A stretch of DNA of 64,000 nucleotides from Candidatus Mycalebacterium zealandia (GCA_014075295.1 CP046180.1:954458-1018457); one strand, 5' to 3'. Counted from the first letter of the stretch, positions 47,418-57,543 are shown. Numbers and translations: made by a program. The notes: a model not told the origin generated them from the sequence alone.

Positions 47418-48805
47418 TTCTCCACACTTTTTACGGGACTTCCAACCTTAAGCGGTAAAAACAAGAATCGTATTCTGCGCCCCTGCAAGTCTGACGCGTA
47501 GCCAAACGCCTTTCCGGCAATATGAAAAAAACTCTCATCGCATGATTTTCTGAAATTCAAAGTTCCGAACAAAAGAGAAACCGCAGTTCCCTTTCCGCGT
47601 TTTCTGCGGACTTCAAAAACTCTCCATAGAAAAGAGTAGTTTCTGTAAAACTTCGCGCTTGAACCGACAAACGGCTCAAAAGGCGCAAGCATGTGAAAAT
47701 AAGAACGTCCCTTGTCATCGCGTTTGTATGAAAACACGGGCCACAAATCAACCTTGAGCGAACTGCCCCTCCGAATTTTGTCAAACGGGGTTTCGCGCAC
47801 AACTTTAAGAGCAATCAGAAAACTGTCTTTTTTATATTCATGATGTTTGAATTTCAGTCTGGAAGACGTGTAAAGCGGCCATAGGAGAAACTTTGTTTTC
47901 TTCACCCCAAACGTCTCGGATGTTTCAAAAAAAGGAAAAAATCTCACTCTTCTCTCCGTATCGCTTTTTTTGAAATTTATAATGGGCCACGGCAAATGAA
48001 TAGAACGCAGATTACGTTCCGGATCAACGCTTTTCTGAAAAAAGGGCCACATATACATTGTGTGTGATTCGGTTCCGTAATTAATTCTGTAATAAAAAGG
48101 AAAAAACGCCCTGTAGCGTCTGTAGGTTTCACCGCTTCCTTTTTTCACATCAAAATGAAAAGGCCACAGCAAAAATCTGGAATGGGAATTCTTTCCTTTA
48201 GACCACCCGAACAGGGGCCAGAAGCGAATCCCTTTTTTCTTGCCCGAATAAAACGCGAAGACGGGCCACAAGAAATTGCGGGAAATCTCGCCATCTGAAC
48301 TGACGGTACGAAAATAGAGAGGGAAAAGAACAAATTTTGTTTTCCCGCCAAAATTTCCGTAAAACGGCGCAAACGCAAAAGACCTTTCCGCCGGATTCGG
48401 AGATGAGCGGTGAAAAATCAGAGGGTATATTCTGAGACTTTTTCCGCCGGAGCCGGTCAAGCCGGTTTGTTTTGAAAACGAAAGAGAATTAAAGAAAATC
48501 CCCATCCTGTATCCTCTCGGAGTTGCCCGATAGTGAAAAAAAGGATACAGAAAATCAAGGGACATAGAATCAAGCGACCTGTCTTTTTTAACATAAAACA
48601 GGGGCCTGAACGCAAACTCGGTTCTTTTTTCGTCTTTCACTCTGAGGAATGGTCCAAATGAATACGCGGACACAGAACTGTCTTCGCGGGAAACCCCAAA
48701 TGGGTCAGGTCTGAGAAAAAGCGCGTCCGCCGGGCGGGTTTGAACCACAATCATGAAAAAGACAATTAGCGAAAAAATCGCACGCGATGTTATACGGCAA
48801 CTCAA
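47405..48805 (-). CDS. secreted hypothetical protein with about 15 degenerate W-P-aromatic repeats
   Basis: The TTG start overlaps the alr TGA stop (TTGA), giving a signal peptide MSCRITSRAIFSLIVFFMIVVQTRPADA. Repeated [FL][WYF]P[LVFI][FY] cores (LWPVFAF, FWPLFGW, LWPFHFD, MWPFFQK, FFPFFET, LWPLYTS...). The stop overlaps the mlaE start. Confidence 0.6.
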   Translation of the reverse strand: MSCRITSRAIFSLIVFFMIVVQTRPADALFLRPDPFGVSREDSSVSAYSFGPFLRVKDEKRTEFAFRPLFYVKKDRSLDSMSLDFLYPFFHYRATPRGYRMGIFFNSLSFSKQTGLTGSGGKSLRIYPLIFHRSSPNPAERSFAFAPFYGNFGGKTKFVLFPLYFRTVSSDGEISRNFLWPVFAFYSGKKKGIRFWPLFGWSKGKNSHSRFLLWPFHFDVKKGSGETYRRYRAFFPFYYRINYGTESHTMYMWPFFQKSVDPERNLRSIHLPWPIINFKKSDTERRVRFFPFFETSETFGVKKTKFLLWPLYTSSRLKFKHHEYKKDSFLIALKVVRETPFDKIRRGSSLKVDLWPVFSYKRDDKGRSYFHMLAPFEPFVGSSAKFYRNYSFLWRVFEVRRKRGKGTAVSLLFGTLNFRKSCDESFFHIAGKAFGYASDLQGRRIRFLFLPLKVGSPVKSVENCRR

Positions 48806-49920
48806 TTTTCCTGATGTGGCTCCGCCGGCTCGTTTGAAATTCTTACACGAACTTTGCCCCCGATGAGCGTCATGATTTCGTAAGGTATGGTGCCCGCCCA
48901 CTGCGCCACATCTTCAACGAAAATTCCCTCGCCCCCGAATAAAATCACTTCATCCCCGATTTTAACCTGCGGAACACCGGTAATATCCAGAGTTGTAAAA
49001 TCCATGCACACTTCTCCCACGACCGGAACGGAAACACCGTTTACCGAAACACGGGCGCGGTTGGAAAGGCTTCTGTAATACCCGTCCTTGTATCCGACCG
49101 GAATGGTCGCGAGCAGCGAGGATTTTTTTGTTTTAAAAGTCCCGCCGTAACCAATCGGCTTGCCCGCGCCGATTTTTCTTATTCTTACAACCGAAGTTTT
49201 AACCTTCATGACCGGAGCCAGCCCGTTTTTTTCAAAAGACGAGCCGTAAAGCATAATTCCGGGCCTTACCATGTTGCCAAACGATTCTGAAAATCTCTGA
49301 ATCGCCGCGCTGTTCGCCATATGTTTGAAGTATGGACGCACGCCTGAATTTTCAAGATCCGAAACAACCGAATTAAATTCGGCAATCTGCTTAAAAGTCG
49401 GTTCGGGTTCAGAAGCCGAAGAATGGGCGAAATGAGTAAACACACCCGCGAGATTCAAGCCCGGTAAGGTGCGCGCTTTTTCCATTAAATCAAAAACATC
49501 TTCCCTTGTGGCGCCGAGGCGTGCCATTCCGGTGTCTATCTTAAGGTGGTATTCCACCTTTTTGCCGGATTTTTTTGCGGCTTTGGAAAGAGAATTAAGA
49601 CAGTTTTCCGTAAAAACCGAAAGCGTAAGCCCGGCTTTGACGGCATCCGCGACCAAACAGTCCTGCGTCACGCCCATAACAAGAACGGGCGCCGAAACAC
49701 CGGACTCCCTTATCTCCAGCCCCTCCTCAACCGAGGAAACTCCAAGCATCACAACCGGAGGAAGTTTCGCGAGTTTTCTGCTGATTTCAACCGCGCCGTG
49801 CCCGTACGCATCCGCCTTGACGACAGCCGTTATCCCGACATCCTTTCCGACCGTCCGCGCCGACAATTCCACATTGCTTCTCAATGCATTGAAATCAATT
49901 TCAGTCCATACGCGGTTCAT
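48802..49920 (-). CDS. alr: alanine racemase
   Basis: PLP-lysine context (AVVKADAYGHG). Start chosen at ATG 49920 (MNRVWTEIDFNALRSNVE); the track's longer start is 49989. Confidence 0.85.
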   Translation of the reverse strand: MNRVWTEIDFNALRSNVELSARTVGKDVGITAVVKADAYGHGAVEISRKLAKLPPVVMLGVSSVEEGLEIRESGVSAPVLVMGVTQDCLVADAVKAGLTLSVFTENCLNSLSKAAKKSGKKVEYHLKIDTGMARLGATREDVFDLMEKARTLPGLNLAGVFTHFAHSSASEPEPTFKQIAEFNSVVSDLENSGVRPYFKHMANSAAIQRFSESFGNMVRPGIMLYGSSFEKNGLAPVMKVKTSVVRIRKIGAGKPIGYGGTFKTKKSSLLATIPVGYKDGYYRSLSNRARVSVNGVSVPVVGEVCMDFTTLDITGVPQVKIGDEVILFGGEGIFVEDVAQWAGTIPYEIMTLIGGKVRVRISNEPAEPHQEN

Positions 49921-50003
49921 CAAACAGAGGTTTGTGAGAAAATTAAAACCTTTCGTTATGATAAGATACCGTCGCTTGGAAAGCAACACGGGCCTTTACT
50001 GCA

Positions 50004-51161
50004 ATGAATCCGACCGAGTCAAAATCAACAAAAATCATAGGAGCGATACTAGCGACAAGACTTCTCGGAATTTTCCTTATTCTTCCCGTTTTCAGTTCCT
50101 ACGCTTTGCAGTATCCGGGCTCTTCACATTTTCTCACGGGGCTGGCTTTCGGCATATACGCGCTAACGCAGGCTCTTTTTCAAATTCCATTCGGAAGGGC
50201 GAGTGACAGATTCGGAAGAAAACCCGTAATCGTGGGAGGGCTCATGCTTTTCTGCGCGGGCAGCATCGGTTGCGGGCTGGCGGAAAACATCTGGCAACTC
50301 ATAATCGCGAGAGCGGTTCAGGGGAGCGGCGCTGTAGGCGCGGTAGCAATAGCCGCACTCGGAGATTTCACAAGACCTGAAGTTCGGGGGCAGTCTTTCG
50401 CGATAACAGGCCTGATCATCGGCGCGAGTTTTATGGTTTCGCTTCTCGCGGGTCCCGTTATGGCGTCATGGATGGGGTTTGAAACGCTTTTTTACGTTCT
50501 CGCCGCTCTCGGAGTCGCTTCAATTACAATAACTCTCGCGTTTTTCCCCAATGAAAAAACAGATGTCGTACACGAGCCTGAAGAACCCGCACCCACGCTC
50601 CGGAAAAACTCAAAAATAAAGGAAATACTCGTAAGTTCTTTCATACTGTCTTCCATTCTCAACATCTTCCTGTTTGTATATCCGCTCAGTTGGGAAAGCA
50701 CGGCGGGAGAAAGAATTTCCCATATCTGGGAAGCGTATTTTATTATGCTTCTTCCCGCGGCGTTTTTCGCTTATCCTTTCCTGAAAATTATGGAGAGAAG
50801 AAAGAAAATGAACATTCCCCCACCTGTGGCGATTGCTCTTCTGGCCACGGGAACGGCTATCGCGGCACTGATTCCGGGCAAGACCGGATTGATTGTCGCG
50901 GGCACGATTTTCTTTCTCGGACACTCAATCTTTCAACCACTTCTTCCCGCTTTTCTCACTCAAGTGGTGTCAAGCGGGTCGCGCGGAAATGTGGCGGGAT
51001 TGCTCAACCTCGCGAGTTTTCTCGGAGCGTTTACGGGAAGCATGCTCGCGGGATTGTTGTTTCCCGCAGGATTCGGCTTAGCTTTGGCTCTGTGTTTTGT
51101 GCTCATAGCGGCTTGGCCGCTCGTGGGAATTCCCAAACCTCCAAGCAGTGGAGCGGTTTAG
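50004..51161 (+). CDS. MFS transporter
   Basis: Twelve predicted TM segments and the MFS loop motif GRASDRFGRKPV. Confidence 0.85.
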   Translation: MNPTESKSTKIIGAILATRLLGIFLILPVFSSYALQYPGSSHFLTGLAFGIYALTQALFQIPFGRASDRFGRKPVIVGGLMLFCAGSIGCGLAENIWQLIIARAVQGSGAVGAVAIAALGDFTRPEVRGQSFAITGLIIGASFMVSLLAGPVMASWMGFETLFYVLAALGVASITITLAFFPNEKTDVVHEPEEPAPTLRKNSKIKEILVSSFILSSILNIFLFVYPLSWESTAGERISHIWEAYFIMLLPAAFFAYPFLKIMERRKKMNIPPPVAIALLATGTAIAALIPGKTGLIVAGTIFFLGHSIFQPLLPAFLTQVVSSGSRGNVAGLLNLASFLGAFTGSMLAGLLFPAGFGLALALCFVLIAAWPLVGIPKPPSSGAV

Positions 51162-51177
51162 AGGCGTACAACATAAG

Positions 51178-52062
51178 ATGACTTTCCCCGAACTTTACAG
51201 AAATCCGTCCAAACCGGTCATATCATTTGAGATATTTCCTCCGAAAACACCGGAGGGAAAGGGAAACCTCCTGTCCTCTCTGGAAGTCCTTGCGAAACTC
51301 TCCCCGGGATTTATCTCAGTTACATACGGCGCAATGGGGTCAACCCGCGGAAACAGTTTTGAGATTGCGTCCCACATAAAAGACAAACTGAAAATTGAGA
51401 CCGCAAGCCACCTGACCTGCGTGGGATCCTCAAGCGCGGAAATAGATTTGATTCTAAAAAACCTGCGCGAGCGCGGCATAGAAAACATCGTGGCGTTGCG
51501 GGGAGACCCGCCCGACAACCGGAAGAAGTTCACCACGGCGCATGGCGGATATTCACACGCAAACGAATTGGTGGAACATATACGGGGTTTTGAAAGTGAA
51601 AACCGAAACGGGCGTTTCGGCGTGGCAGTGGCTGGATATCCGGAAAAACACATTGAAGCCCCCTCGCTTGAGAAAGACATAGAAAACCTTGCGAAAAAAA
51701 TTCACGCCGGTGCGGATACAATAATCACGCAACTGTTTTATGACAACCGGTTCTATTTTGACTATGTGAAAAAAGTCAGGCGCGCCGGACTTGAAAATCC
51801 CGTAATACCGGGGCTCATGCCAATTCTCTCAATGCGGCAGGTCTTGAAAATAACATCAATGTGCGGAACTACGGTCCCCGAGTCTATAATGAAACGCCTT
51901 GAAGAGTGCGAAAGAAAAAACGGCGACATTGGACAGGTCGCAATAGACATCTGTGCCGAACAGGCGGAAAACCTTCTGAGCGAAGGCGTGCCGGGAATAC
52001 ATTTTTATGTTCTGAACAGGGCTTCGTATGTCAAATCCGTGCTGAAACGGCTCGGCTTGTGA
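51178..52062 (+). CDS. metF: 5,10-methylenetetrahydrofolate reductase
   Basis: MTFPELYRN..ISFEIFPPKT N-terminus in a TIM-barrel MTHFR. ATG 51178 is preferred over the upstream GTG. Confidence 0.85.
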   Translation: MTFPELYRNPSKPVISFEIFPPKTPEGKGNLLSSLEVLAKLSPGFISVTYGAMGSTRGNSFEIASHIKDKLKIETASHLTCVGSSSAEIDLILKNLRERGIENIVALRGDPPDNRKKFTTAHGGYSHANELVEHIRGFESENRNGRFGVAVAGYPEKHIEAPSLEKDIENLAKKIHAGADTIITQLFYDNRFYFDYVKKVRRAGLENPVIPGLMPILSMRQVLKITSMCGTTVPESIMKRLEECERKNGDIGQVAIDICAEQAENLLSEGVPGIHFYVLNRASYVKSVLKRLGL

Positions 52063-52069
52063 GCACAAG

Positions 52070-52702
52070 TCAGGGCGCAAGCCGTTCCACAATCCAATCT
52101 GATTCCTCTTTGCGATATCTTATTCTGTCGTGCATGCGGTTTGCCCTGCCCTGCCAAAATTCAAAAACCGAAGGCACCACCCTATACCCCTTCCAGAACG
52201 GCGGGCGCGGGATTGTTTCGGAATTCTCAAATTGCACCGCACGCCGTGCGAATTCTTTATCAATTTCATCCCTGCCGCTTACGACACGCCCTTGAATCGA
52301 AGCCCACGCCCCTATGCGGCTCTCGCGGGGTCTTTGCGCAAAATAGTCATCCGCTTCGGAGTCTTCCACGGACTCAATTTGACCCCCAATCCTTACCTGC
52401 CTCTCAAGAACATTCCAGAAAAAACATATTGCCACATGTGGATTGGAGTCCATCTCCGAAGCTTTTCTGCTAAGCGAATTTGTGTAGAAAACAAAGCTGT
52501 TTTCATTGAAATTTTTGAGGAGCAACACCCTTGACGAAGGCGCGCCGTCTTTGGACGCGGTTGAAAGCGTGAACGCATTCGGCAAATCCATGCCGGAGTC
52601 GCAGGCGTCTTTATACCAGACAAGAAACTGCTTGAACGGGTCGCAGTCAATATCGGACTCATCAAGACCCATAAGCAAATATTGTCTGTCGTTTTTCTTC
52701 AC
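52070..52702 (-). CDS. pdxH: pyridoxamine 5'-phosphate oxidase
   Basis: PNPOx fold with the conserved C-terminus (RIRYRKEESDWIVERLAP). Confidence 0.85.
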   Translation of the reverse strand: MKKNDRQYLLMGLDESDIDCDPFKQFLVWYKDACDSGMDLPNAFTLSTASKDGAPSSRVLLLKNFNENSFVFYTNSLSRKASEMDSNPHVAICFFWNVLERQVRIGGQIESVEDSEADDYFAQRPRESRIGAWASIQGRVVSGRDEIDKEFARRAVQFENSETIPRPPFWKGYRVVPSVFEFWQGRANRMHDRIRYRKEESDWIVERLAP

Positions 52703-53646
52703 AACTCCGTTCTCCCGAGTTCGGCGCGGAGAAATGTCTCCAAATTTCCGTCTTCAAAATGGAATCCGGCGTTTATTAGTTTTTCGGGAACAACCCGCAC
52801 GCTACTCATAATAACTTCCTCTCCCATCTCTCCTAAAACAAATTTTATAAGCGGCTCGCTCAATGACAAAAAAACCGGTCGCCTCAAAGCCCGCGAGAGA
52901 CAGCGGGTGAAGTCGGCGTTTGGCATCGGCGTGGGCGATACTATGTTCACCGGCCCCGAAACGGAATCGTTTGCGAGAATAAACTCCATAGCCCTGACGG
53001 CGTCCCGTTTTGATATCCAACTCATATAACCGCTTCCGTCCCCTATTCGGGCCCCAAGACCCAGCAGAAACGGAATTCTCATCATTTTCAGAGCCGCGCC
53101 ATCGCGCGCGAGCACGATTCCAAACCGCAAGTTCACAACCCTTGTCGCGGAACCGGCGGCTCTTGCCGCGTTTTCCCATTTTTCCGCGACCCGCGCGAGA
53201 AAGCCCTGTCCAGCGCCGCTACGCTCGGAAAGAACCTCATCATCCCTGTTCCCGTAAAAACCGGTTGCGGACGCGCAAATAAAAACCTTCGGCGGATTTT
53301 CAAGTCCCAACAGAGCGGAAGCCAGAAACTCCGTGCCTGCCACTCTGCTGTGCTCAATTTCGGCTTTTACAGAATCCGTCCATCTGCGCATTATGTTCCT
53401 TCCGGCAAGATGAATGACGGCGTCCGCTCCTTCAAAATCGCGCGGGTTGAACTTGCCCCGTACGGGGTCGCACAGAACCGCTCCCTCTTGCTTGCGCGCT
53501 CCGCGGCTGTCTCTGACAATGAGCAAAACCTCATGCCCACGGGCTTTGAGGGAAGAGACGAGGCTTTTTCCGATAAAACCTCCCGAACCGGATACTAAAA
53601 CCTTCACAGTTTTCGGAATAGTCTTTAATAAAATGTAAAAAATCAA
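52699..53646 (-). CDS. TIGR01777-type NAD-dependent epimerase family protein (YfcH-like)
   Basis: Rossmann motif VSGSGGFIG, short-chain dehydrogenase/epimerase family, with a C-terminal DUF1731-like region. Confidence 0.75.
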   Translation of the reverse strand: MIFYILLKTIPKTVKVLVSGSGGFIGKSLVSSLKARGHEVLLIVRDSRGARKQEGAVLCDPVRGKFNPRDFEGADAVIHLAGRNIMRRWTDSVKAEIEHSRVAGTEFLASALLGLENPPKVFICASATGFYGNRDDEVLSERSGAGQGFLARVAEKWENAARAAGSATRVVNLRFGIVLARDGAALKMMRIPFLLGLGARIGDGSGYMSWISKRDAVRAMEFILANDSVSGPVNIVSPTPMPNADFTRCLSRALRRPVFLSLSEPLIKFVLGEMGEEVIMSSVRVVPEKLINAGFHFEDGNLETFLRAELGRTEL

Positions 53647-53670
53647 TGGGCGGAACGCGCACGGGCGTTC

Positions 53671-54696
53671 TTAACCGCCGAAAGTTTCAATAATTCTTTT
53701 CTGATACATCTCAACCTGTTCGGGTTCAAGATAGTAATGAGGAGCGCTCAAAATCGGCAAATCCAGATAGTCCGAGCAGCCGTCAAGTTTCTTTCTACAC
53801 TCATCAGCCGTGCCGACAATGGCAAAAGTGTCAAGCATATCATCGGTCACATTCTCAATCATCGCACGCACGTCGCCTTTGAAATAGGAATCACGGATTT
53901 TTTCCGCTTGCCCGATAAAACCGTGAAGCGTAAACGGCTTCCAATAAGTCTTTACGGTGGCGTAAAAAGCGACTGTGGCTTTGGCGGCTCTGCGCGTTTC
54001 TTCCAGATCGTTTTTTCCGCAAACCGCGCAGATAAAAATTGAAGAAACGCAAAAATCCGACCGTGCGCGCCCGGCGGACTCAAGCCCTTCACGTAGAACG
54101 GGAACAATAGTCTCCTCAATATATTTCTTTGAACAGACTATGTGCCCAATGTAACCGTCCGCGCATAAAGCCGCCGCGCGCGCCATTCCGCCGCCGACTG
54201 CCGCGAGAAAAATCGGCACATCGGTGCGGACGGGCTTGAAGGGCCTTGTGAACCCTTTGATGTTAATATCGTAATATTCGCCACCGTAAGCAACATCATT
54301 TCCGGTATGCGAACCCAGAATAACGCGCCTGACGACGTCAACACACTCTTTTATTCTCGTAACGGGTTTGCCGTGCGGTTGTCCGTGCCACGTTTCGTTC
54401 GTGCGTCTGGCGCCGGAACCGAGCCCGAGTATCAGCCGTCCGTCCGAAGCCTCGTCTATGTCCATCGCGCTTATCGCCGTAATCAGCGGGCTTCTGACAA
54501 AAGCAAGCGCAACTGAGCTGCCAAGTTTAATTTTGGAGGTATGCTGAGCAATCGCGGCAAGTTGCTGAAAAGCGGTTCTGTAAAGTTCGGTCGCCCAGAC
54601 GGAATGGAACCCCGCGCTTTCAGCGTATTTGGAAATTTCCACTATGCCTTTGAGAGAGTGGGAGTCAACTATCAGTCCAAGAGGAGTTTTTTTCAT
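53671..54696 (-). CDS. LLM-class (luciferase-like) flavin-dependent oxidoreductase
   Basis: TIM-barrel luciferase-like monooxygenase family (LGLGSGARR motif region). Confidence 0.75.
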   Translation of the reverse strand: MKKTPLGLIVDSHSLKGIVEISKYAESAGFHSVWATELYRTAFQQLAAIAQHTSKIKLGSSVALAFVRSPLITAISAMDIDEASDGRLILGLGSGARRTNETWHGQPHGKPVTRIKECVDVVRRVILGSHTGNDVAYGGEYYDINIKGFTRPFKPVRTDVPIFLAAVGGGMARAAALCADGYIGHIVCSKKYIEETIVPVLREGLESAGRARSDFCVSSIFICAVCGKNDLEETRRAAKATVAFYATVKTYWKPFTLHGFIGQAEKIRDSYFKGDVRAMIENVTDDMLDTFAIVGTADECRKKLDGCSDYLDLPILSAPHYYLEPEQVEMYQKRIIETFGG

Positions 54697-54707
54697 TCCG
54701 GAAGGAA

Positions 54708-55388
54708 TTACCCTTTTTTCTCGTCGCCGTTTTCTCCGGCATCGGTATCGGATGGTTGTTCATCCTGCGCGGGCGTGTTTGTTTCAGCGGGTTTAGCCTC
54801 CGCTTCGTGCTGTTTTTCCTCGTTCTGAAGCTGGTTACTTTGAGGTTGTGCGGCTTCGGGGTTTTCCTTTTTCTCTTTCTTCGCTTCCTTTACACCCTCT
54901 TTCGCTTCGGCGGATTCAGGGGATTTCTCCTCCTCTTTTTTCGGAGGCGGAGGCGAAGGCAGACTTGATTTACGAGGCGTTTTTGTGCGGGTGGACGGCT
55001 GGTATTCCTCGGTTACAAGCTCTATCTGGGAAATCGGCGTCTGGTCTCCTTTTCTGTAATCCAGACTGATAATTCTTGAGTAACCGCCGGGACGCTGTTT
55101 GTATCTTTCCGCAATCTCGGTAAACACCTTGCGCGCGACTTCTTTGTCCCTTATGTAACCGAAAATCCGTCTTTTGTAAGATAGCCCTCCGTTCGAAGCT
55201 CCTTTTTCCAAGCCGTTTTTGGCAAGCGTGATAATTTTATCCACCACCCGCTTCAACTCTTTTGCTTTTGTATCAGTTGTGCGGATTTTTTCGTGTCTGA
55301 AGAGTTCAGTCGCCAAATTGCGAAACATCGCCTTTCTGTGCTTGGTCGTAACGCCAAGTTTTCTTCCCAATCTTCTGTTTCTCATCAC
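54708..55388 (-). CDS. rplQ: 50S ribosomal protein L17 with a roughly 100-aa low-complexity C-terminal extension
   Basis: N-terminal L17 core (RKLGVTTKHRKAMFRNLATELF...RPGGYSRIISL), followed by a K/E/P/A/Q-rich tail (...PPPPKKEEEKSPESAEAKEGVKEAKKEKKENPEAAQPQ...). Confidence 0.85.
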   Translation of the reverse strand: MMRNRRLGRKLGVTTKHRKAMFRNLATELFRHEKIRTTDTKAKELKRVVDKIITLAKNGLEKGASNGGLSYKRRIFGYIRDKEVARKVFTEIAERYKQRPGGYSRIISLDYRKGDQTPISQIELVTEEYQPSTRTKTPRKSSLPSPPPPKKEEEKSPESAEAKEGVKEAKKEKKENPEAAQPQSNQLQNEEKQHEAEAKPAETNTPAQDEQPSDTDAGENGDEKKG

Positions 55389-55416
55389 ACAATTTTCCCA
55401 AAGCGCAACAAACCTG

Positions 55417-56442
55417 TTACTTGGCGCGGCTTTCTTTTACCTTTTCGTAAATCTCCTGATTGATTTTCATGTCAAGAGTGAGCGACGGCGAAAGAGTTTT
55501 GAGTTTGTCGCTCACATCTTCAAGCGAACTTTTACCGAAACTCGGAAGATGCAGCAGTTCTCTCTCACTTTTCTGAACCAAATCCCCGACATACTTCATA
55601 TCCGCACTGGTCATACAATTCAGCGACCTGACGGAAAAATCCACTTCATCAAGCGGCGTGAACAGAACATCTTCATCGCCTTTAATTACGAGAGTCTCTT
55701 CGGTACTCTCCTCCTGTTCCAATTCCTGTTCGTTGAAATTGATAAATCTGCCGAGCTGGTGAGTGATTATTTTCGCCGCGTAGGCAAGCGCGTTTTCAGC
55801 AAGCACCGAACCCTTTGTCCATATCTCAATTTCAAGATTTTCGTAGTCGGTTTTTCTGCCAACACGAGCGTTTTTGATTGTGTAATTCACCTTTGTGACC
55901 GGAGAGAAAAAAGCGTCAACGGGCAGATACTCTTCCCCCATTGAACGCGCGTTCTCTCTTTCCTCAACGGGTTGATAGCCTCTGCCGGTTTCAACCACCA
56001 GACTCATCTCAAGTTTTGTTTTGTCTGAAACGGTCGCTATGAAATGGTCGCCGTTGAGAACCTCAATTTTGTTCGTTGATTTGATGTCCGAAGCCGTAAC
56101 CTCTCCGGGACCCTGAAAGACCATCTCCACAATTTGAGACTCGGAGGTTGTCGTTTTGAAATTCACGCCTTTGAGGTTGATGAGGATTTCCACAGCGTCC
56201 TCAACAACTCCGGGGATTGAAGAAAACTCGTGAAGAACTCCCTCTATTTTGACCGCCGTGACGGCCGGACCTTGCAACGAGGAAAGAAGAACTCGCCTGA
56301 GCGCGTTACCTATCGTAACGCCGTAACCCCTTTCAAGCGGCTCGAAACTGAATTTCCCGTAGAAAGGCGTCGCGGTCTTTTCGTCTTTGTTGACTTTCTT
56401 CGGTACTACAAGCGTTGTCCAATTATTCTGAAAATCTTTCAA
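55417..56442 (-). CDS. rpoA: DNA-directed RNA polymerase subunit alpha
   Basis: Canonical N-terminal-domain and C-terminal-domain sequence; located between rpsD and rplQ. Confidence 0.95.
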   Translation of the reverse strand: MKDFQNNWTTLVVPKKVNKDEKTATPFYGKFSFEPLERGYGVTIGNALRRVLLSSLQGPAVTAVKIEGVLHEFSSIPGVVEDAVEILINLKGVNFKTTTSESQIVEMVFQGPGEVTASDIKSTNKIEVLNGDHFIATVSDKTKLEMSLVVETGRGYQPVEERENARSMGEEYLPVDAFFSPVTKVNYTIKNARVGRKTDYENLEIEIWTKGSVLAENALAYAAKIITHQLGRFINFNEQELEQEESTEETLVIKGDEDVLFTPLDEVDFSVRSLNCMTSADMKYVGDLVQKSERELLHLPSFGKSSLEDVSDKLKTLSPSLTLDMKINQEIYEKVKESRAK

Positions 56443-56495
56443 TATCTATGTCCTCCACTAAAAAAAAGCAAAATGCTTCAATATCACACCACGAA

Positions 56496-57128
56496 TCATA
56501 CTCTTGAGTAAAATTCAACAATCAAGTTTTCACTGACCGGAATCTGAACATCCTCCCTTTCAGGCGTTTTGTTCATGATTCCTTTGTACTTTTCCCTGTC
56601 GAGGCTCAGCCAACCGGGAATTCCTTTTTTCTCCGAAAGCCCCAGCGATTTGTTGACGCTTGGCATCTTTCTGCTCCGCTCCCTGACTTCAACAACACTT
56701 GAAGGGGTTACTCTGTAAGATGACACGTCCACGCGCCTGCCGTCAACATTGATGTGCCCGAGATTCACAAGTTGGCGAGCCTGATTTCGGGACGAGGCAA
56801 AGCCGAGCCGGAATACAACATTGTCAAGTCGTGTTTCAATAATTGAGAGAAGCAATGACCCCGTAACACCTTTCGTTCTTGCCGCCTCTCTGAAATAGAT
56901 TTTGAACTGACGCTCGGTCATTCCGTAAATCCTTTTGGCTTTCTGTTTCTCCCTGAGCCTCAATCCGTATTCGGTAATCCTTCTGCGTATTCTCTTGCCC
57001 TGCAAACCGGGAGGATACGGCTTTCTCTCTATGGCGCACTTACTTGTCATACACCTTTCGCCTTTGAGAAACAACTGTTCCCCTTCTCTTCTGCATAATT
57101 TGCACGCGGGTCCTGTATATCTTGCCAT
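56496..57128 (-). CDS. rpsD: 30S ribosomal protein S4
   Basis: MARYTGPACKLCRREG... zinc-finger N-terminus and an S4 domain. Confidence 0.95.
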   Translation of the reverse strand: MARYTGPACKLCRREGEQLFLKGERCMTSKCAIERKPYPPGLQGKRIRRRITEYGLRLREKQKAKRIYGMTERQFKIYFREAARTKGVTGSLLLSIIETRLDNVVFRLGFASSRNQARQLVNLGHINVDGRRVDVSSYRVTPSSVVEVRERSRKMPSVNKSLGLSEKKGIPGWLSLDREKYKGIMNKTPEREDVQIPVSENLIVEFYSRV

Positions 57129-57143
57129 CTACAACTCTCCCTC

Positions 57144-57527
57144 TTAAACCCGTCTCTTACCCGGAGGTCTGCATCCGTTGTGAGGAATAGGTGTAACGTC
57201 TCTGATTGACGCGACCCGCAAACCCGCCGCCTGAATTGATCTTATTGCCGATTCCCTTCCGGGACCGGGTCCCTTCACATACACACGCACGGACTTCATT
57301 CCGGAACTCAGCGCCCTTTTTGCCGCATCTTCAGCTGCAACCTGAGCCGCAAACGGGGTTCCCTTTCTCGTGCCTTTGAAGCCTCTGGTTCCTCCGCTTG
57401 ACCACGCAATCACATCTCCCTGAGGATCGGACACGGTAATAATCGTGTTGCCAAAAGTGGCGTGTATATTTACCAGCCCCTCTTCAACAGACCTTTTTAC
57501 TTTTTTCTTTGTTCCTTTCTTCGCCAC
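57144..57527 (-). CDS. rpsK: 30S ribosomal protein S11
   Basis: Canonical S11 sequence. Confidence 0.95.
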   Translation of the reverse strand: MAKKGTKKKVKRSVEEGLVNIHATFGNTIITVSDPQGDVIAWSSGGTRGFKGTRKGTPFAAQVAAEDAAKRALSSGMKSVRVYVKGPGPGRESAIRSIQAAGLRVASIRDVTPIPHNGCRPPGKRRV

Positions 57528-57543
57528 TGCGTTCTATCCCCTG

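Noticed and set aside
51115-51125. An apparent 1-nt frame inconsistency when hand-translating the MFS C-terminus against the ORF track.
   Set aside because: Most likely my manual position counting. The track's frames for the MFS transporter and metF are mutually consistent. It does mean hand-derived coordinates for tRNAs and small features carry an uncertainty of 1-2 nt.
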